A DNA stretch of 64,000 nt from [Candidatus Thermochlorobacteriaceae] bacterium GBChlB. GTDB taxonomy: Bacteria; Bacteroidota; Chlorobiia; Chlorobiales; Thermochlorobacteraceae. A model generated the notes under the pieces. That model saw only the letters and a list, made by a program, of their open reading frames with translations. It was not told the DNA's origin and ran no database searches. Where the stretch lies: assembly GCA_000724175.1 (NCBI GenBank), contig JPGV01000006.1, positions 28,630 to 92,629 of the forward strand. Direction: 5' to 3'. Shown here one piece after another: positions 49,353 through 58,967 of the stretch; positions within the stretch are counted from its first letter, which is position 1; every line of letters begins with the position of its first letter. The position numbers were made by a program, and so were the translations under genes.

Positions 49353-51490
49353 TTTGGTAGAGTAAATCGAAAGCAAGACCCTTTGTAAAGTTCACTCTCA
49401 ACGCTGACCGTGCCACCATGTTTCTCCACGATTTCTTTCACAAATGCTAAGCCCAAGCCCGTTCCGATATTAGCGCGCACGCGGTCGTCGTCAACGGCGC
49501 GAAAAAATTTTGAAAAGAGTTTCTCTTTCGCCGACGCCGAAATGCCGAATCCTTCGTCCCGCACCGCCACTTCCATGCACTCTTGATGTTCAAGCATCTC
49601 CACATAAACAGTTTTGTTTGGCTCGGAATACTTGACGGCGTTTGAAAATAAATTCAGGACGACTTGCCCGATAAGTTCTGCGTCGCCCAGAATCGGCGTA
49701 GAATTGGACGGCAGATTTAACTTCACGGCGATATGTTTGGCATCGGCAAGCGGTCGATTGATTTCCACTGTTGTTGCAACGACGTCGTGCAATTTAAACG
49801 GCGCACGCTGAATATCAGCGCGTCCCGATTCGAGTCGGTTCAAATCAAGAAATTTGGTAACAATGTTTCCGAGTCGCTCCGACTGCTTGTAGATAATCTC
49901 GACAAACTCTCGCGTCTCTCTTGAAAGCTCGTTCTGGCTGTCCAGAATCAGCGAACTGAATCCGCTAATGGTGGCAAGCGGCGAGCGCAGTTCATGGGCG
50001 ACAATCGAGACCAACTCGGTTTTCATTCGATCCATGTCAACGTCTTTCGTCACATCGCGCAGCACGCCGAGCAGCGCAACCAACTCTCCCTCGCTCTCCA
50101 CGCGCACCACTGTGCCACGCAACACCGTCTCTCGCGCCTCGCCGACCAACCGCACCCGACATTCCACGGGCATGAGTGCTGCCTCCGACGCGAACGCCGA
50201 GTCGATGATGGCGCGAAGCTGCTCGTTAGCAATGAGCGTCTCAATCGGCTTCGGCTCGACATTCAAGTTCATTTTTGGCAGCGAAAACCACTTGGCGAAC
50301 AACGGATTGACAAGCACCGCCTGACGCGCTGAGTCAATGACAATCATGCCGTCGCCAGCTTGCTGCAACGCGGCATCGAGTTTATTGCGCTCGGCCACCA
50401 GCTTATTGACATTGATTTTTTGATAACGACCGAGCGTTTCGGCAACGTCGTTGTAGGCTTGAAAGACTGTATCAAATTCATCGCCGCGCGTCTCGGAAAA
50501 TCGAAAGTCGAATTCTTGCTTGGCGAAGCGGCGGGCAGCATCGACAAGTTGCGCAATCGGTTGATTGAGCCGCTTCGCCAAGAAAAGGCTCACAAGGCTG
50601 GCGGTTGCCGCGCCGATAAGCGAGCCGACAAGAACACGCCATTGCATTTCGCGCACGGAAAAATACGCAACGCGCTGCGGTTCCTCGACCACGATTGCCG
50701 CTCGAAATTGCGGGAGTGAAATCCATGTGCCGAGCATCGGCTCACCTGTAAAACCGACATACTCCTGCGAGACGCCAACAGGCTTCATCAGAAACACATC
50801 GTCCGATGAGCGCGCGTCGCTAAACAACCCTCGCCCGATGAGCGACTCGCGCCGTGCGGCAAGCGCACTGTCGGCATGAATGAATATCCTTACATCGCTG
50901 TCGAGCAAATACACACGGTCGCGCTGTCCAGAAAAGGTCTTCGCTGAAACGTCGCCAATCAGGTTGGCAAGCGCGCGCGGCTCGGGCTGCGTAAGCAGGT
51001 AGCCCGCATTTTCTCCGTTCAACTTCCACTTAACGCCGACCTGAAATTGTTCTCCGAGACTCACGACGCTTTCCAGCGAATCGAGTGCACGCTTAATCGA
51101 CAGCGGAAAACGACTTGGTAAGTCGGAACGACCAGTTTTGACAAAGGCATCGATGAATGCGCCATCGTTGTCATACACACCAATCGACCCTGCGGTCGAG
51201 TTATTGGCAAGCAGACTCGAGACCAAACTCGTCGCATCTGCCGGCGAGAGAGTGCGGTTATCGAGCAGTCGTGCCGCTTCCAAAAGCAGTCTCGTTGTTT
51301 CTTGAAGGCGCTGTTCCAACCGCGCAGCAACGCTATTGGCGGTGGATAGATACAGTTCACGGGAAAGATTTTTCAGCGTGTCTAAGTTGAGAACGGAGAG
51401 CGAGTAACCCACAAGCGCAAGCGGCAAGACAGCGACGAGCGTTAGAACGACAGCGAGTTTTGTCGCAAAGTTGAGCGACGGCAATTTCAT
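49349..51490 (-). CDS. membrane sensor histidine kinase (Cache-like periplasmic region, HAMP, PAS, HisKA, HATPase)
   Basis: Two TM segments, HAMP (PIAQL..DEF), PAS (DGMIVID..VNP), AHELRSPL, NAVKYS, DEGFG and GTGLGL. Confidence 0.92.
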   Translation of the reverse strand: MKLPSLNFATKLAVVLTLVAVLPLALVGYSLSVLNLDTLKNLSRELYLSTANSVAARLEQRLQETTRLLLEAARLLDNRTLSPADATSLVSSLLANNSTAGSIGVYDNDGAFIDAFVKTGRSDLPSRFPLSIKRALDSLESVVSLGEQFQVGVKWKLNGENAGYLLTQPEPRALANLIGDVSAKTFSGQRDRVYLLDSDVRIFIHADSALAARRESLIGRGLFSDARSSDDVFLMKPVGVSQEYVGFTGEPMLGTWISLPQFRAAIVVEEPQRVAYFSVREMQWRVLVGSLIGAATASLVSLFLAKRLNQPIAQLVDAARRFAKQEFDFRFSETRGDEFDTVFQAYNDVAETLGRYQKINVNKLVAERNKLDAALQQAGDGMIVIDSARQAVLVNPLFAKWFSLPKMNLNVEPKPIETLIANEQLRAIIDSAFASEAALMPVECRVRLVGEARETVLRGTVVRVESEGELVALLGVLRDVTKDVDMDRMKTELVSIVAHELRSPLATISGFSSLILDSQNELSRETREFVEIIYKQSERLGNIVTKFLDLNRLESGRADIQRAPFKLHDVVATTVEINRPLADAKHIAVKLNLPSNSTPILGDAELIGQVVLNLFSNAVKYSEPNKTVYVEMLEHQECMEVAVRDEGFGISASAKEKLFSKFFRAVDDDRVRANIGTGLGLAFVKEIVEKHGGTVSVESELYKGSCFRFTLPK

Positions 51491-51553
51491 AGACCTAACA
51501 AACGACGACAATAAACTGTAAACATAGCAACTTGTAAGTGGCTTGGCGGAAAA

Positions 51554-52135
51554 TTACGGATTTTGCCGTCGGTCTTGGCGCAGTTTCTTTCGGGCAGCGG
51601 GCGAAATGCCATGTGAGACTGTAATGTTGAACTCGTCTTTCAAATACTTCTCCACCTGTATCCAATCGCCGTTGGTTTTAACGGCTTTCGTCCATGCGCA
51701 CATCGTAATGAAGGTTTTATACCTGCCGTCTCTTTTTTTTCGTTCAGCCTCATATTGAGCAATGGCATCGCTCAACACTTTCGGAAGAGACTCAATAAAG
51801 GTCTTCCCACCGTCTTTGACGATGTAATCTGCCGCGCCGAGTTTCATCATTTCGACGGCAACAGACTCGTTCCCTTTGCCTGTTAGAACCACAAATGGCG
51901 GCACATCTTGCCGATGCGATAGCTTCCGAAGCACATCTAACCCCGTGAGCTTCGGAATGATGTAATCGAGCAACACCACTTGATAAGACACAGCACTAAG
52001 TTTTTCTAACGCCTCGATGCCATCGTGAGCAACATCAGGCACAAAGCCGTTTCGTTCCAGCAGCGTTTCAAGCATCTGTGAAAATGGCACATCGTCCTCT
52101 ACGATGAGTATGCGGCGCAGTTGAACATCGCTCAT
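51554..52135 (-). CDS. response regulator: REC plus short C-terminal CAW..SHGISP domain
   Basis: VEDD, phosphoacceptor LLDY, LTG and YIVK. Confidence 0.9.
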   Translation of the reverse strand: MSDVQLRRILIVEDDVPFSQMLETLLERNGFVPDVAHDGIEALEKLSAVSYQVVLLDYIIPKLTGLDVLRKLSHRQDVPPFVVLTGKGNESVAVEMMKLGAADYIVKDGGKTFIESLPKVLSDAIAQYEAERKKRDGRYKTFITMCAWTKAVKTNGDWIQVEKYLKDEFNITVSHGISPAARKKLRQDRRQNP

Positions 52136-52145
52136 TTGTTCTCCG

Positions 52146-52778
52146 TCATGTTGATTTGAGTTGTTTGCCGTAACGAGCCAACGCTTTCGGCGAAATGCCG
52201 TGGCTGATACTGACCCCGAAACGTTGCTTTAAGAAGTCCTCGATTTTTATCCACTCGTCGTTGAACTTTACATCGCCCGTCCATGCGCAAATGGTAACAA
52301 TCTCGGTGGGCGTCTCTACGGAGGAAGCGTTCTCTTTCGGTGGCGCCGACGCGTCGTGTTCAAGCGAGGTAAGCACTCGTTTTCGAACCGCGTCTTGCGC
52401 CATCGAGTCTTCAATTGCTCGCTCGAGCGCATCGACAAAAGCTTTTCCGGAATCTTTAACGATATAATCTGCAGCGCCGAGTTTCATTGCTTCGACTGCG
52501 ACGGCTTCGTTGCCGCTTCCAGTCATTAAAATCATCGGCGGCAAGTTCGGCTCGTTAGCTGCGTAGCGCAGGACTTCCAAACCGTCCATTGCAGGCATGA
52601 TGTAATCGACCAGCACGGCGTCGTAGTGAGAGAGTTTGCACATCTCTAAACCAGTCGCACCGTCAAATGCCGCGTCAACATTGTAGCCACGCCGTTGCAA
52701 CAGCATTTGCAAAAATTTTGAAAGACCTTCGTCGTCCTCAATGATGAGAACGCGTTTGCGTGCGTCATTGGTCGTCAT
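52146..52778 (-). CDS. response regulator paralog: REC plus CAW..SHGISP domain
   Basis: IEDD, LVDY, MTG and YIVK; ATG 52778. Confidence 0.9.
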   Translation of the reverse strand: MTTNDARKRVLIIEDDEGLSKFLQMLLQRRGYNVDAAFDGATGLEMCKLSHYDAVLVDYIMPAMDGLEVLRYAANEPNLPPMILMTGSGNEAVAVEAMKLGAADYIVKDSGKAFVDALERAIEDSMAQDAVRKRVLTSLEHDASAPPKENASSVETPTEIVTICAWTGDVKFNDEWIKIEDFLKQRFGVSISHGISPKALARYGKQLKST

Positions 52779-52829
52779 ACGCTTCAAGCTAAGTGGTTAA
52801 GACGACAACTGAAAAGGGCATCAATTTAA

Positions 52830-54023
52830 CTATTTATCGTTTAACGCGGCAATGCCCGGTAATTCTTTACCTTCCAGAAATTCCAAGCTTGCACCGCCGC
52901 CAGTCGAGACATGCGTAACGGCTTTGTCTAAACCTGCTTTGGCGATTGCCGCCGCTGAATCGCCGCCGCCGACAACCGTTACCGCACCTGACTTTGTCGC
53001 CTCTGCCAAAGCCTTAGCGACTTCAAGCGTTCCGGTTGCGAACTTGTCTATTTCAAATACGCCCATCGGTCCGTTCCAGACGATTGTCTTTGCATCGAGA
53101 ACTGCCGTGCGATATTTGGCAATCGTTTTTTCGCCGATGTCCAATCCCATCCAGTCGTCCGGAATGTCGGTTACTTGAACCGTTTTCGTATCAGCATCCG
53201 CCGCAAATTTATCGGCAACTACAACATCTTCGGGCAGCAAAAAGTCTACTCCGCTTGCTTCAGCTTTATCGATGAGCGATTTTGCCAAGTCGAGTTTATC
53301 GTCTTCGACAAGCGACTTACCAACGGGCAATCCGTTTGCTTTGAAGAACGTGAAAATCATCGCGCCGCCAACGAGAATTTTATCGACCTTGTGCATCAAG
53401 TTTTCCAGCACGTCGATTTTGCCCGAAATTTTCGCGCCGCCTAAAATGGCCACATACGGACGTTGTGGATTCCCTGTCGCTTCGCCGAGATACTTCAGCT
53501 CTTTTTCAATCAAAAAGCCAGCAACGGCCGTCGAGATGAACTTTGTAACACCTTCGGTTGATGCGTGCGCCCGATGCGCCGTGCCGAATGCATCGTTTAC
53601 ATAGACATCGCCGTAAGCCGCCAGTTTCTTGGCGAACTCCATATCGTTTGCCTCTTCTTCTTTGTAGAAGCGCACATTTTCGAGAATGATCACTTCGCCA
53701 TCGCGGAGTTCGGAGACCATCTTCGCGGTCTCTTCGCCTAAACAATCGGGCGCAAATTGAACGGGCTTGCCCAATAGGTCGGACAGCCGCCCGACGGTCG
53801 GCTTCAAGGAAAACTCTGGCGACTTGCCTTTCGGTCTGCCCAAGTGCGACATGATGATGAGCCGTCCGCCGTCGTCCAGAATTTTTTTAATTGTCGGGAT
53901 GGACTCTCGAATGCGGGTGTCGTCTTCGATGTTGCCCTGTTTATCAAGTGGCACGTTGAAATCTACGCGCATCAGCACGCGCTTGCCAGCGACGGCAATA
54001 TCACGAATGGTCTTTTTGTTCAT
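52830..54023 (-). CDS. pgk: phosphoglycerate kinase
   Basis: [35 protein letters not shown] and STGGGASLE. Confidence 0.98.
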   Translation of the reverse strand: MNKKTIRDIAVAGKRVLMRVDFNVPLDKQGNIEDDTRIRESIPTIKKILDDGGRLIIMSHLGRPKGKSPEFSLKPTVGRLSDLLGKPVQFAPDCLGEETAKMVSELRDGEVIILENVRFYKEEEANDMEFAKKLAAYGDVYVNDAFGTAHRAHASTEGVTKFISTAVAGFLIEKELKYLGEATGNPQRPYVAILGGAKISGKIDVLENLMHKVDKILVGGAMIFTFFKANGLPVGKSLVEDDKLDLAKSLIDKAEASGVDFLLPEDVVVADKFAADADTKTVQVTDIPDDWMGLDIGEKTIAKYRTAVLDAKTIVWNGPMGVFEIDKFATGTLEVAKALAEATKSGAVTVVGGGDSAAAIAKAGLDKAVTHVSTGGGASLEFLEGKELPGIAALNDK

Positions 54024-54068
54024 AGATACTCCTAAAGTTAGTTGAGTGAAACGTGATTGTTGAAAGCG

Positions 54069-56132
54069 TCATTGTCCCAAGCGGTAACCGATGCGCGCAA
54101 CGGCTCTGACGCGAAACGTGTCGCGCTGTCGAACTCGTGAAAGCCGTGCGGTGCCTTGTTGCCGCGTATCGGCAGCGATATTGACGATAATCGCGCGCGC
54201 CTGTCGAAGCAGGTCAATCTCGGTTTTGTTGAGTTCGAGCGTAATCTCGCTGCGCGTTGTGCCGTTGCTCTCGCCCGTAGCGGTAACAGGCGCAGGCGAA
54301 ATGCTCGCAGGAAAATTATTTCTCGGCAGAGTAAATGCTTGCCGTTGCGCCGCATCGACGAACAAAACACGGCGATTGGCATCTAAAAAGGTCAACCGAA
54401 ACGTCGTGTTGAGCGGAATGCCGTTCTCGATGCGCAAGTTGAGTGCAACGCTCTGCGCGTCTTGCAAATCAGGCGGATTGTTGAACGGCGCTGTGTCGCG
54501 CACGCCGAAGGCATTGAGATTGAACTGAAACGGAATGAGAAAGCGCAGCCCAACAGAAACCGTGCTGGTGTCGGTAACGGTTCCGAACACGCGATTCGGA
54601 TTAAGTGCTGCTGTGCCGCGCGTTGTTATCGTAGTCGGCAAACTTGTAACGAATTGAGAGACATTGCTGTTCGTTGCGTCCAAGCGAAGCGGCGTAACCG
54701 CGTTGGGCGCAAGGTCAATGGAAATCAGTGCATTGTTTCGCAACAAGTCAATCGATTGGCGCGTGCGCGAGTTCTGCGCGCTGAAACGCGGATTGGCACG
54801 AATGGTAAAGCCCACACCATTGCGAAAACTAAACTCAATTTCGGGGAAGAGTTGTCCATTCAGCGTATCGACGCGGCTGAAATTTGTCGTGAGCGAGTCA
54901 AGCGAAAAATCCAAACTAAGCGGACGATTTTGCGAGGTATTCCAAACGACGCCTTCCGCTCTCGATGCTGCAAAGCGATTGGTCGTCGTGTAAATAATCA
55001 GAAACTCTGTGCTGAGGTCAACCCGAATAAAGTCTCGTGCCGAATTGACGCTCACAGTTGTTTCATATTCCGTCGCCGTATCGCCGACGGGTCTGAACGT
55101 CCAGCCCGCCAGCGAGGGCGAGACAATGGTCGTCGATTGCAATGCCGGCAATTGACTTTGCGCTTGAAAGACCGTCGAGCCCTGCGTCAATCCCGCCAAA
55201 CGCACCTGTGCCGAGCCGTTGAGCGCAATAGGATTGACAAAGCGCAGCGAGAGGCTACCCTGCTTAATCGTCGCCGAGCGCAAGCGTTCCAAGTTACCGC
55301 CAACGGCTCGAACCGTGCCGGTCTCGACAAAGGTTTGCGCGTCGAACCGCACTTCCGCCGCAGTGTAGGTTAAAACATCGGTTGGCTCAATTTGCAGCCG
55401 CAACTGATTGTTGAGGTTCACTGAAACGCCTGTTTGCGCGGGAAGTTGTCCGTCGACAATCTGCGCTGCGAGCCGATTTGTAAAAACGCCCGAAAAGAGA
55501 ACGGAGTCGCGCAGCGTCGCGCCCGGCGCGAGCGAGGCAATCGTGATACTGCCCAAGACAGCATTGCGCGTTACATCGCGCAGTTCAATGCGGAGATTTT
55601 CAAATCGAATGCCTGTATTGTTTGTCGCCACAAGCCGAATACCACCGCCCGTTACGGTTACAGAGCGGATATTTTCGTCCAGCGCAAATGAAAACGTGGT
55701 CGAGACGATGTTTGAAAATGTTGGCAGGCTCACGCTGTTGCCTTGTGGCAGCGCAATGCCCGAAGCAGAGGCAATCTGTCCAAGCGTTTGCACTGCTTGC
55801 GCTTGAAAGCGTGGAATCTTCAGGCGGTTGACCGCTTTGGTTCGCGCCGTATCGCTGATGGAAATCGTGAGCGAATCTCCAATGCGAAACGAATTTTGAA
55901 ATGTGGTGTCATAAAAATACGCTACTGTGCCATTGGGCGTTACGGTCGTTGCTGTCGTGTCTAATTTATCGAGCAACGATTCGGCGGTGTAGCTGGCATC
56001 GACAAGCGGAAGCGCGGCGTCAATATCCCAAACGGGCGTTACTGGCTGCTCAAGGCGGCAACTCGATACGGCGATAAAGAAGAGCAAGGGCAGCAATCGA
56101 GCAGATGTATTCGGATTCAGAGGCGCGTTCAC
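54069..56132 (-). CDS. large beta-rich hypothetical lipoprotein
   Basis: Hydrophobic leader with lipobox-like AVSS-C; Thr/Ser/Asn-rich beta-strand pattern. Confidence 0.75.
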   Translation of the reverse strand: MNAPLNPNTSARLLPLLFFIAVSSCRLEQPVTPVWDIDAALPLVDASYTAESLLDKLDTTATTVTPNGTVAYFYDTTFQNSFRIGDSLTISISDTARTKAVNRLKIPRFQAQAVQTLGQIASASGIALPQGNSVSLPTFSNIVSTTFSFALDENIRSVTVTGGGIRLVATNNTGIRFENLRIELRDVTRNAVLGSITIASLAPGATLRDSVLFSGVFTNRLAAQIVDGQLPAQTGVSVNLNNQLRLQIEPTDVLTYTAAEVRFDAQTFVETGTVRAVGGNLERLRSATIKQGSLSLRFVNPIALNGSAQVRLAGLTQGSTVFQAQSQLPALQSTTIVSPSLAGWTFRPVGDTATEYETTVSVNSARDFIRVDLSTEFLIIYTTTNRFAASRAEGVVWNTSQNRPLSLDFSLDSLTTNFSRVDTLNGQLFPEIEFSFRNGVGFTIRANPRFSAQNSRTRQSIDLLRNNALISIDLAPNAVTPLRLDATNSNVSQFVTSLPTTITTRGTAALNPNRVFGTVTDTSTVSVGLRFLIPFQFNLNAFGVRDTAPFNNPPDLQDAQSVALNLRIENGIPLNTTFRLTFLDANRRVLFVDAAQRQAFTLPRNNFPASISPAPVTATGESNGTTRSEITLELNKTEIDLLRQARAIIVNIAADTRQQGTARLSRVRQRDTFRVRAVARIGYRLGQ

Positions 56133-56358
56133 GGTAATGCGTCAACAAAATGAGTTACTTTTAGAGCTTTAGAGGCTGGCGCTCGCGTCAAAGGTAAAAA
56201 GAAATCACGACTTTTACGTTGATAAATCGCACAGAAGGCTTGACACCTTGCGCCGCCCGCCGAAAAAACCATTTCGCAATCGCGATTCAACACGCTAAAT
56301 TCGAGCTGCCCAAAACAATCAAATGAAGCGCAACTGCATTCGCCAAACCTGCATTGCT

Positions 56359-57255
56359 ATGAAAACACTCACGCTCTCGATGGCTAAATTGGAGCAGGAA
56401 ATCAACGGATTTCTGACCGACTACCTCAAAGAAAAAAGCGCAGAAACACACGGCACATACCAGCGTGCTTTGCGCGAGTTCCAGCGCTACTTTGCCGTTG
56501 CCAAAGAGTGGTTTTTGTTTCGCCCCGAAGATATTGAGCAATACAAAACCTATTTGATGAAGGAAAAAAAACTTTCCCAAGTCTCGGTCTCCACATATCT
56601 GACGGCACTGCGCCGATTGCTCGATTACTTTGTTGCCCAACATCTGCTCGATGAAAATCCTGCCAAATCCGTCAAAGGCAATCGCCGACCGACGACGCAC
56701 ACTGCTGGCGTTCTCACCGAAGCCGAAGCGCAAAAACTCTTGCTCGTGATTCCAACCGAAAAATTACAAGACCAGCGCGACCGCATTGCCGTGCGACTAA
56801 TGATGGAATCTGCCGTCTCGGAACACGAACTCGTTAAAGCCAATGTTGAAGACCTGAAAAAATTTTCAACGCGCTATGTGCTGTTCGTTCAAGCGAAGGG
56901 AAAGAAAACGAAGGACGACGCCGTCGATGTCCCGCTCTCATTAGGATTTGAAATTGAGGCATATTTGGAGCGTCGGCGAAAAGTCTTGCCTCTTTCGCCG
57001 TTGCTCGTCAGCCATAGCCGTCGCGTCAGCGAAGAGCGCATGACAACGCGGGCGCTGAATTACCGACTTAATCACTGGCTCGATGCGGCAGGCATTGTCC
57101 GCGACAACATTACGCCGCACAGCCTTCGACACACCGCCGCCAAACTGTGGATTGAACGCGACCGTCTGCCGCTCGAGGAAGTCAAACGCCGAATGCGGCA
57201 CGGCATGATTGCCACAACAAAAATTTATACCGCCAATTCGTCAATTTCAGATTGA
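56359..57255 (+). CDS. tyrosine recombinase/integrase family protein (atypical)
   Basis: N-terminal core-binding domain, RDR, KG, HSLRH and H..I.TT.IY; start uncertain (56323, 56359 or 56380). Confidence 0.85.
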   Translation: MKTLTLSMAKLEQEINGFLTDYLKEKSAETHGTYQRALREFQRYFAVAKEWFLFRPEDIEQYKTYLMKEKKLSQVSVSTYLTALRRLLDYFVAQHLLDENPAKSVKGNRRPTTHTAGVLTEAEAQKLLLVIPTEKLQDQRDRIAVRLMMESAVSEHELVKANVEDLKKFSTRYVLFVQAKGKKTKDDAVDVPLSLGFEIEAYLERRRKVLPLSPLLVSHSRRVSEERMTTRALNYRLNHWLDAAGIVRDNITPHSLRHTAAKLWIERDRLPLEEVKRRMRHGMIATTKIYTANSSISD

Positions 57256-57294
57256 CTGTTGATGCAGTTCGTCAGTTTAAGGTGTGAAGCAATT

Positions 57295-57588
57295 TTACTT
57301 AAAGACGATTTCTTTCACGAGGTCGCGTCCGATGCGGCTGTTGAGTTGAGAGAGAATGCCCGGCTTTTTGAAAGTTAGTTCATTGCGCCACGCCGAATTG
57401 CGCACCTTGACGAAGAGCACGCCGTTCACGATTTTTTCCACCTCCGACACTCGGGCAATATGTGCGCCAACAACATCCGACCACAGTTTCACAGCGCGAA
57501 ATTCATCAGCGGTGTCATCGAACTTCAAATGTTGATAGAGCGCGTCGAGTGCGACATCTAAGTGCCGTGGCGGTCGAGTGTAAGACAT
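57295..57588 (-). CDS. dciA: DUF721/DciA family protein
   Basis: WSDVVG..IA...GVLFVKV.NSAWRNEL; located downstream of recF. Confidence 0.85.
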   Translation of the reverse strand: MSYTRPPRHLDVALDALYQHLKFDDTADEFRAVKLWSDVVGAHIARVSEVEKIVNGVLFVKVRNSAWRNELTFKKPGILSQLNSRIGRDLVKEIVFK

Positions 57589-57739
57589 TGTTGCGTTCAA
57601 GATTTGTTTGAAAAATCAAGCGGCGTTGGAGTGCCGTTAAATATCTGCTGACGCTGCCAAGATAGTGTTTGCACGCATCTCTCAAAAGTTTTTCCTATAA
57701 AACAGCCGCAGTGTGCTATGGCGTCGTCGATGCCTAATG

Positions 57740-58843
57740 TTACAAAAGCGCTTCGATATTGAGTTGATTGACACCGTCGAAATCTTTTCGTCCTGTGGTC
57801 GTAATGACCGATTGACCAAGCGGCTTGAGCAGTGAAATCAGGTCTTTGGCGCGGTCGCGGTCGAGTTCGCTAAAGACATCGTCGAGCAAAAAAATCGGGG
57901 TCTCGCCCAGCCGCTCTCGAATATAAAATTGCTGCGCAAGTTTGAGGCATATCACAAAGGTTTTCTGCTGACCCTGCGAGGCAAATTTTTTCAGCGAATG
58001 CCCGTCCACAGTGAACTTAATATCGTCTCGGTGCGGACCCAGCAGCGTTTGTCCGCGGCGCTGTTCTTCGCTTTCAACCGAGCGCAATTTATGCTCGAAC
58101 CGTTTTAAGATGTCCTCTTTGCTCAGCCCTTGCTCAAGGCTGAAATCCGATTCGTAGTCAATCGACGGTGCTTCTTCAAACGACGAGAATCGCGCATAGG
58201 CATCTTTGAGATGCGTCGCAAACTCTTCGGCGAACCTTATCCGACGCGCAATGAGCGACGCTGCAATCAGTGAAAATTGTTCCGTCCAGACTTCCAGTGA
58301 CGCCCGCAGTTCCGACGCCGCACGCGGAGAGAGCCGCAGTTCTGCAAGCAGCTTGTTTCGTTGGGTCAAAGCGCGTTTGTAGTTGAACAAGTCTTCGAGA
58401 TACGCTTTGTTTGTTTGCGAAATTGCGCCGTCCAAAAACTTCCGTCGCTCTTGCGGCGAGCCTTGAACAAGCCCTATGTCCTGAGGCGACATTGCCACGC
58501 ACGGATATTCGCCAACGATTTTCGAGAACTGGTCGAGCGGCGAGCGATTGATAAAAATATGTTTGCCTTCGCTTGCGGAGTAATATACGCGCACCGATGA
58601 TTGCACGCCCGCATCGCTTTGCATCTCGGCGTCAATTTCAAAATCGGCAGCATCAAAGCGCAGACAGTCGGCGTCGCTTGCGCCAAGAAAACTTTTGGTG
58701 AGACAAACAAAGTAAATGGCTTCGAGCACATTCGTCTTGCCTGCGCCGTTGTGTCCGTAGAGAATGTTCGCGCCGCCTTCGAGCGAGAGCTGCAGCGACT
58801 CGTGTTTGCGAAAGCGTTGAAGATGAATTGAGAGCAGTTTCAA
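57740..58843 (-). CDS. recF: DNA replication and repair protein RecF
   Basis: GHNGAGKTN, GPHRDD, SQGQQK and LLDDVFSELD; TTG start. Confidence 0.96.
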   Translation of the reverse strand: MKLLSIHLQRFRKHESLQLSLEGGANILYGHNGAGKTNVLEAIYFVCLTKSFLGASDADCLRFDAADFEIDAEMQSDAGVQSSVRVYYSASEGKHIFINRSPLDQFSKIVGEYPCVAMSPQDIGLVQGSPQERRKFLDGAISQTNKAYLEDLFNYKRALTQRNKLLAELRLSPRAASELRASLEVWTEQFSLIAASLIARRIRFAEEFATHLKDAYARFSSFEEAPSIDYESDFSLEQGLSKEDILKRFEHKLRSVESEEQRRGQTLLGPHRDDIKFTVDGHSLKKFASQGQQKTFVICLKLAQQFYIRERLGETPIFLLDDVFSELDRDRAKDLISLLKPLGQSVITTTGRKDFDGVNQLNIEALL

Positions 58844-58967
58844 AAAAAATCGTTGGTCAAAGGATTGACGCGGTCAGCGTTGCGCGTTAGCTTCTGTAAA
58901 GATTGACGACGCCTTGTAGCAAGCCCAGAACTATCGGTGCAACGGCAGGGCAATCACTTCATTGATA

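Noticed and set aside
54462-55373. 303-aa plus-strand ORF
   Set aside because: Arg-rich antisense shadow of the lipoprotein gene.
56133-57294. Prophage or genomic island around the integrase-like gene
   Set aside because: No phage or conjugation genes, tRNA or direct repeats seen; the flanks are core genes.
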